A DNA stretch of 64,000 nt. It comes from Candidatus Thorarchaeota archaeon (GTDB lineage: Archaea > Asgardarchaeota > Thorarchaeia > Thorarchaeales > Thorarchaeaceae). The stretch covers positions 1,011,713 through 1,075,712 of the forward strand of contig CP070761.1 of assembly GCA_020348985.1 (NCBI GenBank), in the 5' to 3' direction. This document shows, piece after piece, positions 49,877 to 60,355 of the stretch. Every line of letters starts with the position of its first letter. Within the stretch, counting starts at the first letter, position 1. The position numbers and the translations under genes were made by a program. Under the pieces are notes generated by a model. That model ran no database searches, was not told the origin of the DNA, and saw nothing but the letters and a program-made list of their open reading frames with translations.

Positions 49877-52800
49877 GTGGCCAATGTTACTGCTATAGTC
49901 GGAGAGACGGTGATGGTCAGCGAGGCTGCTCAGAAACGAGAGCTCGATATGAAGCCTACAGACGTAGTCGTAATAGGCGCGGGAATGGCAGGTATCAACG
50001 CTGCAATTGATCTGGCTGAGGGTGGGCATCATGCTCACTTGATTGAAAGATCCGTTAACATTGGTGGAAACTACATTCGTGTTTACAAGATATTCCCAAT
50101 GCTTGAGTGTAGCGCATGCGTGATGACCCCTTTGACTTCGTATGTAGGCAAGCATCCCAATATCACAATTCACGCCCTCACCGAAGTGGAGAAGGTCACC
50201 GGAGGAAAAGGCAACTTCTCAGTTCAAGTGAGAAAGAAGGCTCGATATGTCGATGAATCAAAGTGCACCGGATGTGGTCTGTGCGTACGATCGTGTCCCG
50301 TAGAAGTTCCGAATGAATTCGATGGCGGTTTATCACTTAGGAAGGCAATCTACTTCAATTTCCCACAGCAGATTCCTTTGATAGCATGCATAGACCGGGA
50401 TGCCTGCATAGGTTGTGGAACATGCGCAGGAGTATGCCCACAGGATTGCATCATTTATGATGATGAGGACAGAGTGTACGATATTCAGGCAGGGTCAATT
50501 GTCGTGGCGACAGGCTTCGAGGAATACGAGCCTGTAGATTACGCCGAATACGGTTATGGAATATTCCCAAACGTTGTTACTTCTCTACAGTTCGACCGCC
50601 AGAGCCATCCTACTGGACCTACCGACTCGCATATGGTACGCCCTTCCGATGGGAAGGAGCCGGAGAAAATCCTGTTCATCAACTGTGTTGGAAGTAGAGA
50701 TGTTAGAGAGAACATAGAAGGGTACAGTGAACACTGCAATAGGGTGTGTTGCTCTTTCGGACTCAAACTAGCACAAGTAACCAGGATGCATTATCCCGCA
50801 GACCACTGCGACATCATCTACACGTACATGGATATGAGAACTGCTGGAAAGGCACTAGAGGAATTCCTTTGGGATTCTGAGAAGAATCAGGACATAGACT
50901 TCATTCGAGGGCGAGTTGCGGAGGTGTCGGAAGATCCTGACACACACGACCTTTCAGTCAAAATAGAAGATACTGAGACTGGAGAAATCACTGAGATAGA
51001 AGAAATCTCGATGGTCGTCCTCAACGCCAGCTTTAGACCAAGCCGTGGCACCGAAGATTTGGCAAAGATACTGAAGATTGACATGGATGATTCAGGATAC
51101 ATCAGAGAAAATCACCCTAACGCATCCGCATTGGAAACCACTAGAGCGGGAATCTTTGTTGCGGGGTGCGCACATGGACCAAAGGATGGAACTGATACTG
51201 TAAATGAAGGAAAGGGCGCCGCTTTGGCTGCGCATTCAATTCTTCCGGTTCCAATACCACCGATTCCAGAAGAGATTCCACCCGCAGAGATCAGCGATGA
51301 GCCAAGGGTTGGAGTCTTCATTTGCCACTGTGGTGGCATAATAGGGAATGAGATTGATTCCCCGGGCCTGGCTCAGTGGGCTTCGGAACTCCCCAATGTT
51401 GTGTATAGCACTGACTACATCTTCATGTGCAGTGACCCAGGTCAGGAGCTAGTGGCTGAGGCAATCAGAGAACACAAACTGAATCGAGTCGTAGTGGGTT
51501 CATGTTCACCATTGCAGCATGAAGAGACCTTCCGTAGAGCACTAGAAAGTGCGGGATTGTCAAGGTACTATTTCGTTGGACCAGCTGGACTGCGAGAGCA
51601 TCTAGCATTGGTTCACGCTGATGCATCACAAGAGGAGAGACAAAAGAAGGCACAAGACCTGATACGCAGTTCAGTGGCTAAAGCTGTCAACAGTGAGATA
51701 ATACCGACTGAGTCTGTAGAGGTCACACGGACTGTAATGGTCGTTGGTGGGGGAGTCTCAGGTATGACAGCTGCCCTTGATATCTCGAAGAAGGGTTTTG
51801 ACGTTATCTTGGTGGAGAAGCTAGACAAGCTTGGTGGTAGGCTGAATGAACTCCATAATCTGTTCCCACAGATGAAGAGTGCAGGAGAGATTGTGGATGA
51901 AATTGTCGCCCGCGTTAATAGTGACAAGCGAATCACCGTGCTTCTCAACTCGAAGATCGTTGCGAGAGACGGGTCCTATGGAAATTACGAGATTTCGATA
52001 GAGAATACCAAGACGGGCGAAACCGGGACGCACACAGTAGGTTCGATGGTGATTACAGTAGGCACCGACACTTACGAGCCAAGAGATGGTGAGTACGGCT
52101 ATGGAGAAATCCCTGCAGTTATCACTTCACTTGAACTGGAGCGAAAGCTCAGAAACGGCGAACTAAAGAAACCACCGAAGAATCCTGTCTTCATACACTG
52201 CGTAGGGTCAAGACAGAATCCGGGAGAAGGCAACAGATACTGCTCCAGAGTCTGCTGTTCTGCAATCATGACAATGCAACATGAGCTGAAGGAGATGTTC
52301 CCCGACATCAGGGTGTTCTCGGCATACAAAGAACACATTCGCCCTTACGCAAATGGGATGGAAGAAATGTGGCGCGAGAACAGACAGAATGGCATCTCCT
52401 ATCTGAGGTGGGTGAGAGAGAATCCAGTCACCGTGGAGAAGGCAGCGGAAAGTGATGAAGCGATTGTCACTGTATATGACACTCTTTCCCAGGAAACATT
52501 GAGAATCAGGTCAAACATGGTGGTTCTTGCCACGGGCCTTGAAGCACCGAAAGATGTGGACGAGTTAGTAAAGGCAATGGGCATAAACCGAGGACAAGAT
52601 GGTTTCCTTGCTGAGATGCACATGAAGTATCGACCGGTGGATACGACGGTGCCGGGAGTTTTCGTAGGTGTTACCTATGCCAAGAACATGTCAGATTCCG
52701 TAAACCAAGCACGTGCAGCTGCAAGTGCCGCCACGATACCCTTGAATCTAGGAACTGTCAATATTGAACTGGAATGTGCAGAGGTAGACCAAGATCTTTG

Positions 52801-53017
52801 TGTCGGTTGCGACCTGTGCCACTATTCTGAAATATGCCCCTATGATGCAATCAGTATGATTGAAGTCTCTCCAGGCGTAAAGAAGAGCGTAACAGATGAA
52901 ATGCGGTGTGAGGGTTGTGGAGCCTGTTGTGCAATCTGTCCGACTGGCGCCAGGGACCTCCGCTGGTGGAGAGAAAAGAGCCTCATTGATGAGATAGAGG
53001 AAATGCTGCAAGAGTAG
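49877..53017 (+). CDS. hdrA: Double-flavin heterodisulfide reductase A-like protein
   Basis: Two GxGxxG FAD domains, FP..ECSAC, CVGSR, VFICHCG, several CxxCxxCxxxCP; start may be 49913 or 49949. Confidence 0.9.
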   Translation: MANVTAIVGETVMVSEAAQKRELDMKPTDVVVIGAGMAGINAAIDLAEGGHHAHLIERSVNIGGNYIRVYKIFPMLECSACVMTPLTSYVGKHPNITIHALTEVEKVTGGKGNFSVQVRKKARYVDESKCTGCGLCVRSCPVEVPNEFDGGLSLRKAIYFNFPQQIPLIACIDRDACIGCGTCAGVCPQDCIIYDDEDRVYDIQAGSIVVATGFEEYEPVDYAEYGYGIFPNVVTSLQFDRQSHPTGPTDSHMVRPSDGKEPEKILFINCVGSRDVRENIEGYSEHCNRVCCSFGLKLAQVTRMHYPADHCDIIYTYMDMRTAGKALEEFLWDSEKNQDIDFIRGRVAEVSEDPDTHDLSVKIEDTETGEITEIEEISMVVLNASFRPSRGTEDLAKILKIDMDDSGYIRENHPNASALETTRAGIFVAGCAHGPKDGTDTVNEGKGAALAAHSILPVPIPPIPEEIPPAEISDEPRVGVFICHCGGIIGNEIDSPGLAQWASELPNVVYSTDYIFMCSDPGQELVAEAIREHKLNRVVVGSCSPLQHEETFRRALESAGLSRYYFVGPAGLREHLALVHADASQEERQKKAQDLIRSSVAKAVNSEIIPTESVEVTRTVMVVGGGVSGMTAALDISKKGFDVILVEKLDKLGGRLNELHNLFPQMKSAGEIVDEIVARVNSDKRITVLLNSKIVARDGSYGNYEISIENTKTGETGTHTVGSMVITVGTDTYEPRDGEYGYGEIPAVITSLELERKLRNGELKKPPKNPVFIHCVGSRQNPGEGNRYCSRVCCSAIMTMQHELKEMFPDIRVFSAYKEHIRPYANGMEEMWRENRQNGISYLRWVRENPVTVEKAAESDEAIVTVYDTLSQETLRIRSNMVVLATGLEAPKDVDELVKAMGINRGQDGFLAEMHMKYRPVDTTVPGVFVGVTYAKNMSDSVNQARAAASAATIPLNLGTVNIELECAEVDQDLCVGCDLCHYSEICPYDAISMIEVSPGVKKSVTDEMRCEGCGACCAICPTGARDLRWWREKSLIDEIEEMLQE

Positions 53018-53027
53018 GTGCATTGCT

Positions 53028-53591
53028 TTGGTGTCAATTGAGGGGCTCTACGCGGCCTGGCAGGTCCTCAACGACCTGCTCGGTGAATTACGAGAGAAGG
53101 ATGTCTTCATACCAAATATGACCTATGCGGATCTGCGAAACTCGAAAATGGTTCTAGAATACCTACGGTCGTTTGAGGAAGATATTCAACCTTCGGATCC
53201 AGACCAGCGCCTATGGACAGAAATGGAAACGAAGATGCACAGTCTTCGAGAGACCTTGATGGTGTGGGCAGAAGAGAAGGATGGCGAAGACTACCGTCAG
53301 AGTTGGGAAGAACGGTTCAAGAAGGCCCTACACGAAAAAACCTCAACGGCTCCTGTGGAACACAAGGTTGCAATCTCAGACATTCCTCGGGAGAAAGACG
53401 TTGGTTTCTTTAGAATTCGACTCCCCGAAGAGACACCTGTGGAGATTGTTTCTGAGATAGCTGAAGAATGTGGAGTGTTGATATCTCTCGATGGGGAGCG
53501 GCATCTTCAGGTCAGCGGAAAAAGGGATTGTGTCCGGGACGCAATGAAGAAGCTGGGCGAAGCTTTCTATGGCCAGAGCAAGCTCACATGA
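53028..53591 (+). CDS. DUF2096-like protein
   Basis: W.VL.DL...L, IPR....FRI.LP; often Hdr-linked in archaea. Confidence 0.65.
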   Translation: MVSIEGLYAAWQVLNDLLGELREKDVFIPNMTYADLRNSKMVLEYLRSFEEDIQPSDPDQRLWTEMETKMHSLRETLMVWAEEKDGEDYRQSWEERFKKALHEKTSTAPVEHKVAISDIPREKDVGFFRIRLPEETPVEIVSEIAEECGVLISLDGERHLQVSGKRDCVRDAMKKLGEAFYGQSKLT

Positions 53592-53617
53592 CGAATAACT
53601 CAGAAATCACATTCAGG

Positions 53618-54493
53618 CTAGATACCAAGAATCTCAGATATTGGGTCAAGCGACACACGATTCATTTCAAATCCAAGGCGTTCTGGGTCCAGACCCATTG
53701 CCGCGCCAAGAACTTGAGTCACAAACAGCGCGGGCAGCTCAAGCGATTGACCTGAATCGTCGGTGAGTCCCAAGATCTGTACATCAAACTGTGTGTGACA
53801 TGCTGGGCAGTTTGTCACAACACAGTTGGCGTCGAATTTCTTTGCGTCAGCCATCTTCTCCCTGATGATGCTTGTTGCGACATCCTCGTTCGAGATGAGC
53901 AAGGGCGAACCACAGCATCTCAGTTTTAGGCTCCAAGGAACGCTTTTGGCTCCTGTTAGTTCGATTAGCTCGTCAACCTTTCTTGGGAGCTCAGGATCAT
54001 CAAATCCTGCGACTTTGCTCGGACGAAGCAGATGGCATCCCGGATGGAAGGCAACTCTAAGTCCATCTAATGGACGCTCGATCTTCGTGCTTATCTTGTC
54101 TTTCATTTCATAGAGGACTTCTACGAAGTGACGAATGTTGGTCTTTCCAGTGTATTCCAGGTCCAATGTTGACAATATCTTGTTCATCGCTTTCCGAAGA
54201 GGCTCGTTCTCATGTAGTACGTGGTCTACATCTTTCAGAGAGCCGAAACACCCGTTACATGGTGTGACTATGTCGTGGCCTCTCTTCTCAGCCAGCGCAA
54301 TGTTTCTGCCAGATGTTGTGACCCAGCTTGGCTCATCTATTGACTTGAGAACAATCGTTCCGCAACAAGATGCGCCCTCAAAGTCAATGAGCTTCACACC
54401 TAGAGATTCCGCAACAACCCTCATGCTACTCTCGTAGTTGTTGAATCGATTTGGAATGGCACAGCCCAAGAAGACTTCGTAACTCTGAGTCAT
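53618..54493 (-). CDS. hdrB: Heterodisulfide reductase subunit B
   Basis: FLGC, two CCG motifs, PCNGC, HPGCH, CPACH.QFD. Confidence 0.95.
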   Translation of the reverse strand: MTQSYEVFLGCAIPNRFNNYESSMRVVAESLGVKLIDFEGASCCGTIVLKSIDEPSWVTTSGRNIALAEKRGHDIVTPCNGCFGSLKDVDHVLHENEPLRKAMNKILSTLDLEYTGKTNIRHFVEVLYEMKDKISTKIERPLDGLRVAFHPGCHLLRPSKVAGFDDPELPRKVDELIELTGAKSVPWSLKLRCCGSPLLISNEDVATSIIREKMADAKKFDANCVVTNCPACHTQFDVQILGLTDDSGQSLELPALFVTQVLGAAMGLDPERLGFEMNRVSLDPISEILGI

Positions 54494-55012
54494 CTATTTC
54501 CCCTCCTGAAGCTTCAGAAGCCCTGTCTTCTTGAACATCTTCTTTGTATCCTCTACATTCAACTCTGGAACATCGTCAAGTCCCAGATCTTCTCGCTCCC
54601 ATTCAGTCGGAGGGTAGAGCCTGCCAGTGTCGTACAAGGACTGTGCAGCTGCAATGTAGCCGAGAGGTGCAATTCCCTTCTTGTAGGCCATGTTCTTCAG
54701 ACCAAAGAGAATGTCAGTTATCTCAATGGTTTGAGGACACCTCTCTTGGCAAGTGTAGCAAGTCGTGCATAGCCAGATCATGTCGGTCTGAAGGACTTCT
54801 TCAAGTCCAAAGAGCAACATGCGCATGACTTCATGAATTTGGATGTTTACCTTGTCGCTTACTGGGCAGCCTGCACTACACTTGGAGCATTGGAAACACG
54901 AGGTCAGGAGTTGGCCTCCGAGTATCTTGGTTATCTTCTTTGTAAACTCGGGGTCGAGGGTCTCAAACTTGGCTCCGTCGAATGTCTTGAACTGGCCCCA
55001 GGATTCTGTCAC
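54494..55012 (-). CDS. hdrC: Heterodisulfide reductase subunit C
   Basis: CFQCSKCSAGCP, WLCTTCYTCQERCP. Confidence 0.95.
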   Translation of the reverse strand: MTESWGQFKTFDGAKFETLDPEFTKKITKILGGQLLTSCFQCSKCSAGCPVSDKVNIQIHEVMRMLLFGLEEVLQTDMIWLCTTCYTCQERCPQTIEITDILFGLKNMAYKKGIAPLGYIAAAQSLYDTGRLYPPTEWEREDLGLDDVPELNVEDTKKMFKKTGLLKLQEGK

Positions 55013-55015
55013 GAT

Positions 55016-58000
55016 TTAGCTCCCTCCCTGCCTAAGCGGACTTGGCCCCAGTTTTTCAACAACTTCTGTGAGTTTCTTGACCGTCTCTGCGTATATGGGA
55101 CCTTCACTTGCGCTTATCTGCGTAAACTGAAGCCTGTCAGTTTCAAGACCCGCTTTCTCGATAATCTTCTTTGCAATCGAGTACCGACGTTCGAAGGTGA
55201 CATTACCATCAACATAATGGCAATCTCCAAAGTGGCATCCCGAAATCCAGACCATGTCCGCCCCCAGTCTGAACGCTTCTAGGATGTGGGTCACGCTGAC
55301 TCGACCGGTACACATCACTCTGATATCTCGAACTGTCGTTGGCTGCTGCAATCTCGCTACGCCAGCTGAGTCTGCACCGGCGTAGGTACACCAGTTGCAC
55401 ATTATCGTAAGAATTCTCAACTGATTGGGGGGGACCTCTTCCAGTGCATTTCGCACTTGGGCCATAATCTGGTCGTCGGTGAAGTGGCGCATTGTGATGG
55501 CCCCTGCCGGGCACCCTGCCGCACACTTACCACAGCCCTGGCACAACACGGCATTGGAAACTGCGTAATCGTGACTACCATCGCCCGGAATGACCTCAAT
55601 GGCATTGTAGGCACAGTTGATCTCACATGTTCCACAGCCAACACAGACCTCTGGGTCCACGACAGACACGATAGCCTCTGCTTTCCTAATGCCCTGAATA
55701 AGTGGGATTAGAGCTCTCATGGCGGCACCTTGACCCTGCACTATGGCCTCTGCTGTAGTCTTGGGTGCGGTTGCGGTTCCTGCTACAAAGACTCCGTCTG
55801 TCTGGAAGTCGACCGGACGAAGCTTAGGATGTGCCTCCATGAAGAATCCTGACATGTTGAGGGAAAGCTTGAACAGCTCAGAGACCTCTTTGTTCTGTTC
55901 CCTAGGAATCATGGCGGTTGCAAGTACAACATGGTCAACATCCAAAAGGAGCTCAGCACCGAGGACCTGGTCTCTGACTTTGACCGACAATGGTTTCTCT
56001 TTCTTTCCTTTCTTGACTTCGGGAGGCGAGTCACCATCGTATCGGATGAAGACCGCACCTTTTCTTCTGGCATCACCGTACCTATCTTCTCCATCGTAGG
56101 ACACTCTGAGGTCTCTGTAAAGGTGGAAGACTCTAGAGTTGGGATTCTTCTCCAATAGCTCTAGTGTATGTGTGACAGCAACAGTACAGCAGATTCCTGA
56201 ACACCAAGTCCTTGAACCTTCGAGTGATTCGTCTTCTCTGGAACCTGCGCAGTGAATAATCGCAAAGGTTTGACCGTCCTCGATTCCCTTTCCGTCAGCA
56301 ATCATGCGATTGAAATCAGAGGCAGTTATTACGTTTGGAATCTTCCCCAGACCAAATAGACCCTTTTCCCTAAGCTCTGTTGCACCGGTGGCAACGATAA
56401 CAACGCCGACCTTGAGCTCATGCTTATCTTTTCCTGACTTCACCACAATGTCGAAGTCCCCGATTGCACCTTTGGCCTCGACAACTTCGGAGTTCAACAG
56501 CAGCTCGATGTTGGGGTACTTCCTGATTCTGCTCTCAAGATCTTTGATAACCTCAGATGTTGATGTCTGGCCAATATTGACGGTACGGAGTTCATGCAAA
56601 AATCCCCCTAGCCAGTTGTCCTTCTCAACCAAGTACACTTTGAAGCCCTTGGCAGCGATTACTTCAGCGGCGGACATTCCGGCTACTCCGGCGCCGATGA
56701 CAAGAACAGTGGGCTCAATCTCTGCCACTGCTTCTTCCTGAGGCTCGAGAAGTGCAGAGCGAGCGACCGCCATCTTGACAAGGTCCATTGCCTTCAGAGT
56801 GGCTTCGTCTTTGGCGCTTTGATGAATCCATGAACAATGCTCTCTGATATTGGCCAGCTCGAACAGATACTTGTTGAGACCTGCTTCTTCGATTGTGGCC
56901 CTGAACAGAGGTTCATGAGTCCTAGGAGTGCAAGACGCGACTACGACTCTAGTCAGGCTATGTTCCTGAATTGCGTCCTTTATCACAACCTGTGCGTCGG
57001 ATGAGCATGAGTAGAGGAGATTCTCTGAGTGAACTACGTGAGGAAGACTAGATGCAAATTCTGTAACTTCCCCAACGTCAACGGTGCCTGCAATATTGGT
57101 GCCGCAAGAACAGACGAAAACCCCGATCCTTGGTTCGCCTGTCATCAATTCCAGGTCAGCTTCAGTCAATGCCTCTGTTGAAGTGGACACCTCGGGTGTT
57201 GCTATATCGAGCGCGGCGAGTGCAGCCGCAGCGCTTCCTTGTGCAACGGCGTCAGGAATGTCCTTTGGTCCTTGAACTGCGCCACACATGTGGATTCCGG
57301 GAACGCCCGTCTCTGAGTAGAGAAGGCTGTCTTGAGCTTGAACGAAGCCGTATTCGTCCTCTTTGAGTCCTAGCATATCATAGAGTTCCTTGTTCTTTGA
57401 CGGAACCATGGCAGGACAAAGGACGACGAGATCATAACGGTCCTCTAGGACTTCGTGCCCTTTTGCATCGCTATGTCTGATGATGAGGTCTCTTGTCTTT
57501 GGGTCTTCGAAGATTTCGCTCGGCAGACCCTTCACATAATTGATCGCATACTCGTTTTCACCGCGTACTAGGAACTCCTCAAACCCCTTCCCAAACGCCC
57601 TCATGTCATTATACAGGATGTCAATCTCAACCTCCGGCGTGTGCTCTTTCGTGATGATTGCCTCTTTAGTAGCATAAGTACAGCAGATTCTAGAGCAGTA
57701 CGCACAGTGCGACACGTCACGCGACCCCACACATTGGATAAACGCAATGTGATGCGGCTCTCTTCCTTCGGACGGCCGCATGACTACGCCTCCTGTCGGA
57801 CCACTCGCAGAGACCATCCTCTCGTACTCAAGCGCCGACACAACATTGGGAAATCGTCCGAAGCCGTATTCTGGAATTGATGAGGGATCGAGAAGGTCGT
57901 AGCCCGTGGCAACGATGATAGAACCGGCATCAATCACAACAGTCTCATCAGCGATGTCGAATATGATGGCCTCTGCTTTGCAGGTCTTGACACACGTCAT

Positions 58001-58477
58001 GCATTCTATGCAATTGTCCATGTCAATCGTTGCTATGTTTGGGACAGCTTGTGGAAACGGAATGTAAGCTGCTTTTCGCATTTTGAGTCCCATATCATAT
58101 TCGTTGGGAACCTCGATTGGACATACTCTCTCACAATCACCGCATCCAGTACACTTCTCTGCATCTACTCTCCGAGTTCGCTTCAGAACCTTGACTTTGA
58201 AGTCACCCTGACTCCCAGAAACTTCAGTGACCTCAGAATATGCCAGAATCTCTATGTTTCGATGGCGTGAACAGTCGACCATCCAAGGACCCTGTATGCA
58301 CATACTACAGTCCAAAGTCGGGAAGGTCTTGTCAAGCTGGGACATATGACCTCCTATTGATGGAAGTCGCTCGACAAGATTCACCTTGACACCCATGTCT
58401 GCAAGATCAAGAGCGGCACGCATTCCAGCTATGCCTGCGCCTATAATGACAACCGGCTTCGTTGCGGATTCTGCCAT
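55016..58477 (-). CDS. hdrA: Double-flavin HdrA fused to a C-terminal MvhD domain
   Basis: IGGHMSQLDKTFPTLDCSMC; second FAD domain; MvhD motifs CNWCTY, VMCTGRV, GCHFGDCHY; start MAESATK at 58477. Confidence 0.92.
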   Translation of the reverse strand: MAESATKPVVIIGAGIAGMRAALDLADMGVKVNLVERLPSIGGHMSQLDKTFPTLDCSMCIQGPWMVDCSRHRNIEILAYSEVTEVSGSQGDFKVKVLKRTRRVDAEKCTGCGDCERVCPIEVPNEYDMGLKMRKAAYIPFPQAVPNIATIDMDNCIECMTCVKTCKAEAIIFDIADETVVIDAGSIIVATGYDLLDPSSIPEYGFGRFPNVVSALEYERMVSASGPTGGVVMRPSEGREPHHIAFIQCVGSRDVSHCAYCSRICCTYATKEAIITKEHTPEVEIDILYNDMRAFGKGFEEFLVRGENEYAINYVKGLPSEIFEDPKTRDLIIRHSDAKGHEVLEDRYDLVVLCPAMVPSKNKELYDMLGLKEDEYGFVQAQDSLLYSETGVPGIHMCGAVQGPKDIPDAVAQGSAAAALAALDIATPEVSTSTEALTEADLELMTGEPRIGVFVCSCGTNIAGTVDVGEVTEFASSLPHVVHSENLLYSCSSDAQVVIKDAIQEHSLTRVVVASCTPRTHEPLFRATIEEAGLNKYLFELANIREHCSWIHQSAKDEATLKAMDLVKMAVARSALLEPQEEAVAEIEPTVLVIGAGVAGMSAAEVIAAKGFKVYLVEKDNWLGGFLHELRTVNIGQTSTSEVIKDLESRIRKYPNIELLLNSEVVEAKGAIGDFDIVVKSGKDKHELKVGVVIVATGATELREKGLFGLGKIPNVITASDFNRMIADGKGIEDGQTFAIIHCAGSREDESLEGSRTWCSGICCTVAVTHTLELLEKNPNSRVFHLYRDLRVSYDGEDRYGDARRKGAVFIRYDGDSPPEVKKGKKEKPLSVKVRDQVLGAELLLDVDHVVLATAMIPREQNKEVSELFKLSLNMSGFFMEAHPKLRPVDFQTDGVFVAGTATAPKTTAEAIVQGQGAAMRALIPLIQGIRKAEAIVSVVDPEVCVGCGTCEINCAYNAIEVIPGDGSHDYAVSNAVLCQGCGKCAAGCPAGAITMRHFTDDQIMAQVRNALEEVPPNQLRILTIMCNWCTYAGADSAGVARLQQPTTVRDIRVMCTGRVSVTHILEAFRLGADMVWISGCHFGDCHYVDGNVTFERRYSIAKKIIEKAGLETDRLQFTQISASEGPIYAETVKKLTEVVEKLGPSPLRQGGS

Positions 58478-58577
58478 ACTTCTGCTCACTCCGGGCCAAC
58501 TCGTCGCTGACACAAATCGTGTGATAAATCGTTTGATGTCACCATAAGCCACGATGTCGCTTAGGCGATAGGATGAA

Positions 58578-58859
58578 TCAGCTCGACAGCTGGGCCTGAA
58601 GTCTTCGGGTTCGGAGTTGGTACAGAATGTCAGCCAACATAATGAGGCCAACTGGAATCATCAGAGTAGGGATCCAAGGATTATACGGGATGGTCACTAC
58701 TGGGAACAAGATTATCCCTCCCGCAAGAAACCAGAAAACGAAAGCAACGATACAAAAGATGATTCTGCGTCGGTCATCTATGACAAGCAATCTGCTCAAA
58801 ACATAGACTGCGACAGCAACTCCATAGAGTATTGGGTCATAGGCTATGATAACAGTCAA
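58578..58859 (-). CDS. Small hypothetical membrane protein (3 TM)
   Basis: Hydrophobic ORF. Confidence 0.55.
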   Translation of the reverse strand: MTVIIAYDPILYGVAVAVYVLSRLLVIDDRRRIIFCIVAFVFWFLAGGIILFPVVTIPYNPWIPTLMIPVGLIMLADILYQLRTRRLQAQLSS

Positions 58860-59005
58860 TCCCGGCCGCCTTCATTGAGTCCACTTGTATAGTCCTGATA
58901 TGAACTTCTTTTCATATTAAGCAGATTACACGCATGGTTGACCACAGCATTTTCCGCTGAAATCACTTGATTCATGATGCAAATCCACAATTTGATTGGA
59001 CCAGT

Positions 59006-60355
59006 CTATCCAGATGTAACTCGTACGTTTTCAACTAATATGGTCGGTGAGACTGCCAATTCTGTGACTTCCACGTCTCCTCCAATTCTGACAATTTGTC
59101 TGAGAAGATCGACCGCATTGATGGAGAATATCGTATTGCTTAGAGGGTGTGCAATCTCACCATTCTCAATAAAGTGACCTTCCATAACAACAGCACTTAG
59201 GTCACCAGAAATACGGTCGGGACGGTCTGCAGAGAATCTGCACAGGACGCCTCTACGAATCTCGGAGATAAGTTCATCCTCCAAACCCTTTCCGGGAGTG
59301 ACCACAAGATTCGTTGAAGAGATACCTGGTTTGTCTCTATACGTATTACGACCTGCGTTGCCGGTGTTGACAACTCCTCCTTTGTTTGCAGTATAAGAAT
59401 CATGCAAGTAGCTCTCAAGAACTCCTTTACGGATCAGCGGGGTTTTACTCGAAGGAGTACCCTCTGCATCAAATGGGCATGAGTATATCCCACCCTCTTT
59501 AAGACCATCATCATATAGCGTCAGTCGATCTGATCCAATTTCGGTTCCTAGATGATCCTGAAGAAAAGACTGCTCACTCTGAACATTCGAGGCTTTCAAG
59601 GCTTCAGCTATGCCCATCTTCAGCAGAAAACCAAACGCTGTGGGAGATAGTACGACTGGCATTGTCCCGCTTTCCATTGGCTTTGCACCGAGCATGCCCA
59701 CTGATCTCTCTCCCGCGGTTCGGCCAATCTCTTCCGAATCGATTCCGGAAACTGAGCAGCTGTGTTGCTCATCGAAGCTATTCGCTTGGTCATGACCAGA
59801 CCTAATGGTGGCATCGAGCTCGAGACTCACAAGCGATGACCGCGCGAAGCAAGCTATCCCAAGCGAATTCGCTATAGCCCTTGAAGTGTCTGTGATTCGA
59901 AGATAGCCTGCAATCTTGGGGTTTCTTCCTTGTAACACATCTTGACATGCAGAAACAGCTCTGAGAATCAACTGTGATGCATCATCAGAGCTAGTGCTCT
60001 CTATCTTTGTATCGAAGAGTCCACGAATATCTGAGAAATGGTCACTCAGTTCAGGTAGACTCAGAAAGTGTTGATCGGGTGTTGCGACTTTGGCAAGACG
60101 AATAGAGGATTCAACGGCATTCAGAACATCTTTGCTATCTAGAGTAGTTACGTACGAATACCCAGTCTTTCTGTCCAAGAATGATCTAAGACCACAACCT
60201 CGATCGTTGTTAAGCGAAACGGACCGAACGATGCTGTCTTCAACTGTAATCTCAATTGATTTCCTGAGTTCGACAAACGCTTCCGCCTGGGTCACACCAT
60301 GCTTTTCTGCATGTTTGACAGCTAGTTCACCGACATTGAGCAACTCGTCTCTCAT
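59006..60355 (-). CDS. pmbA: PmbA/TldE family protein
   Basis: FDAEG.P, G.L..YLHD.Y.A, TGNAGR; lacks HExxxH. Confidence 0.88.
   Translation of the reverse strand: MRDELLNVGELAVKHAEKHGVTQAEAFVELRKSIEITVEDSIVRSVSLNNDRGCGLRSFLDRKTGYSYVTTLDSKDVLNAVESSIRLAKVATPDQHFLSLPELSDHFSDIRGLFDTKIESTSSDDASQLILRAVSACQDVLQGRNPKIAGYLRITDTSRAIANSLGIACFARSSLVSLELDATIRSGHDQANSFDEQHSCSVSGIDSEEIGRTAGERSVGMLGAKPMESGTMPVVLSPTAFGFLLKMGIAEALKASNVQSEQSFLQDHLGTEIGSDRLTLYDDGLKEGGIYSCPFDAEGTPSSKTPLIRKGVLESYLHDSYTANKGGVVNTGNAGRNTYRDKPGISSTNLVVTPGKGLEDELISEIRRGVLCRFSADRPDRISGDLSAVVMEGHFIENGEIAHPLSNTIFSINAVDLLRQIVRIGGDVEVTELAVSPTILVENVRVTSG

Noticed and set aside
49877-58477. Selenocysteine recoding in HdrA/MvhD, known in some Asgards
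   Set aside because: Both ORFs are uninterrupted and the candidate positions (CNWC, GCH.GDC, ferredoxin motifs) are all Cys
58478-58651. N-terminal extension of HdrA in the ORF track (similar over-extensions at 22866, 34702, 62556, 13927)
   Set aside because: These overlap neighbouring genes or promoters, and downstream starts match family N-termini
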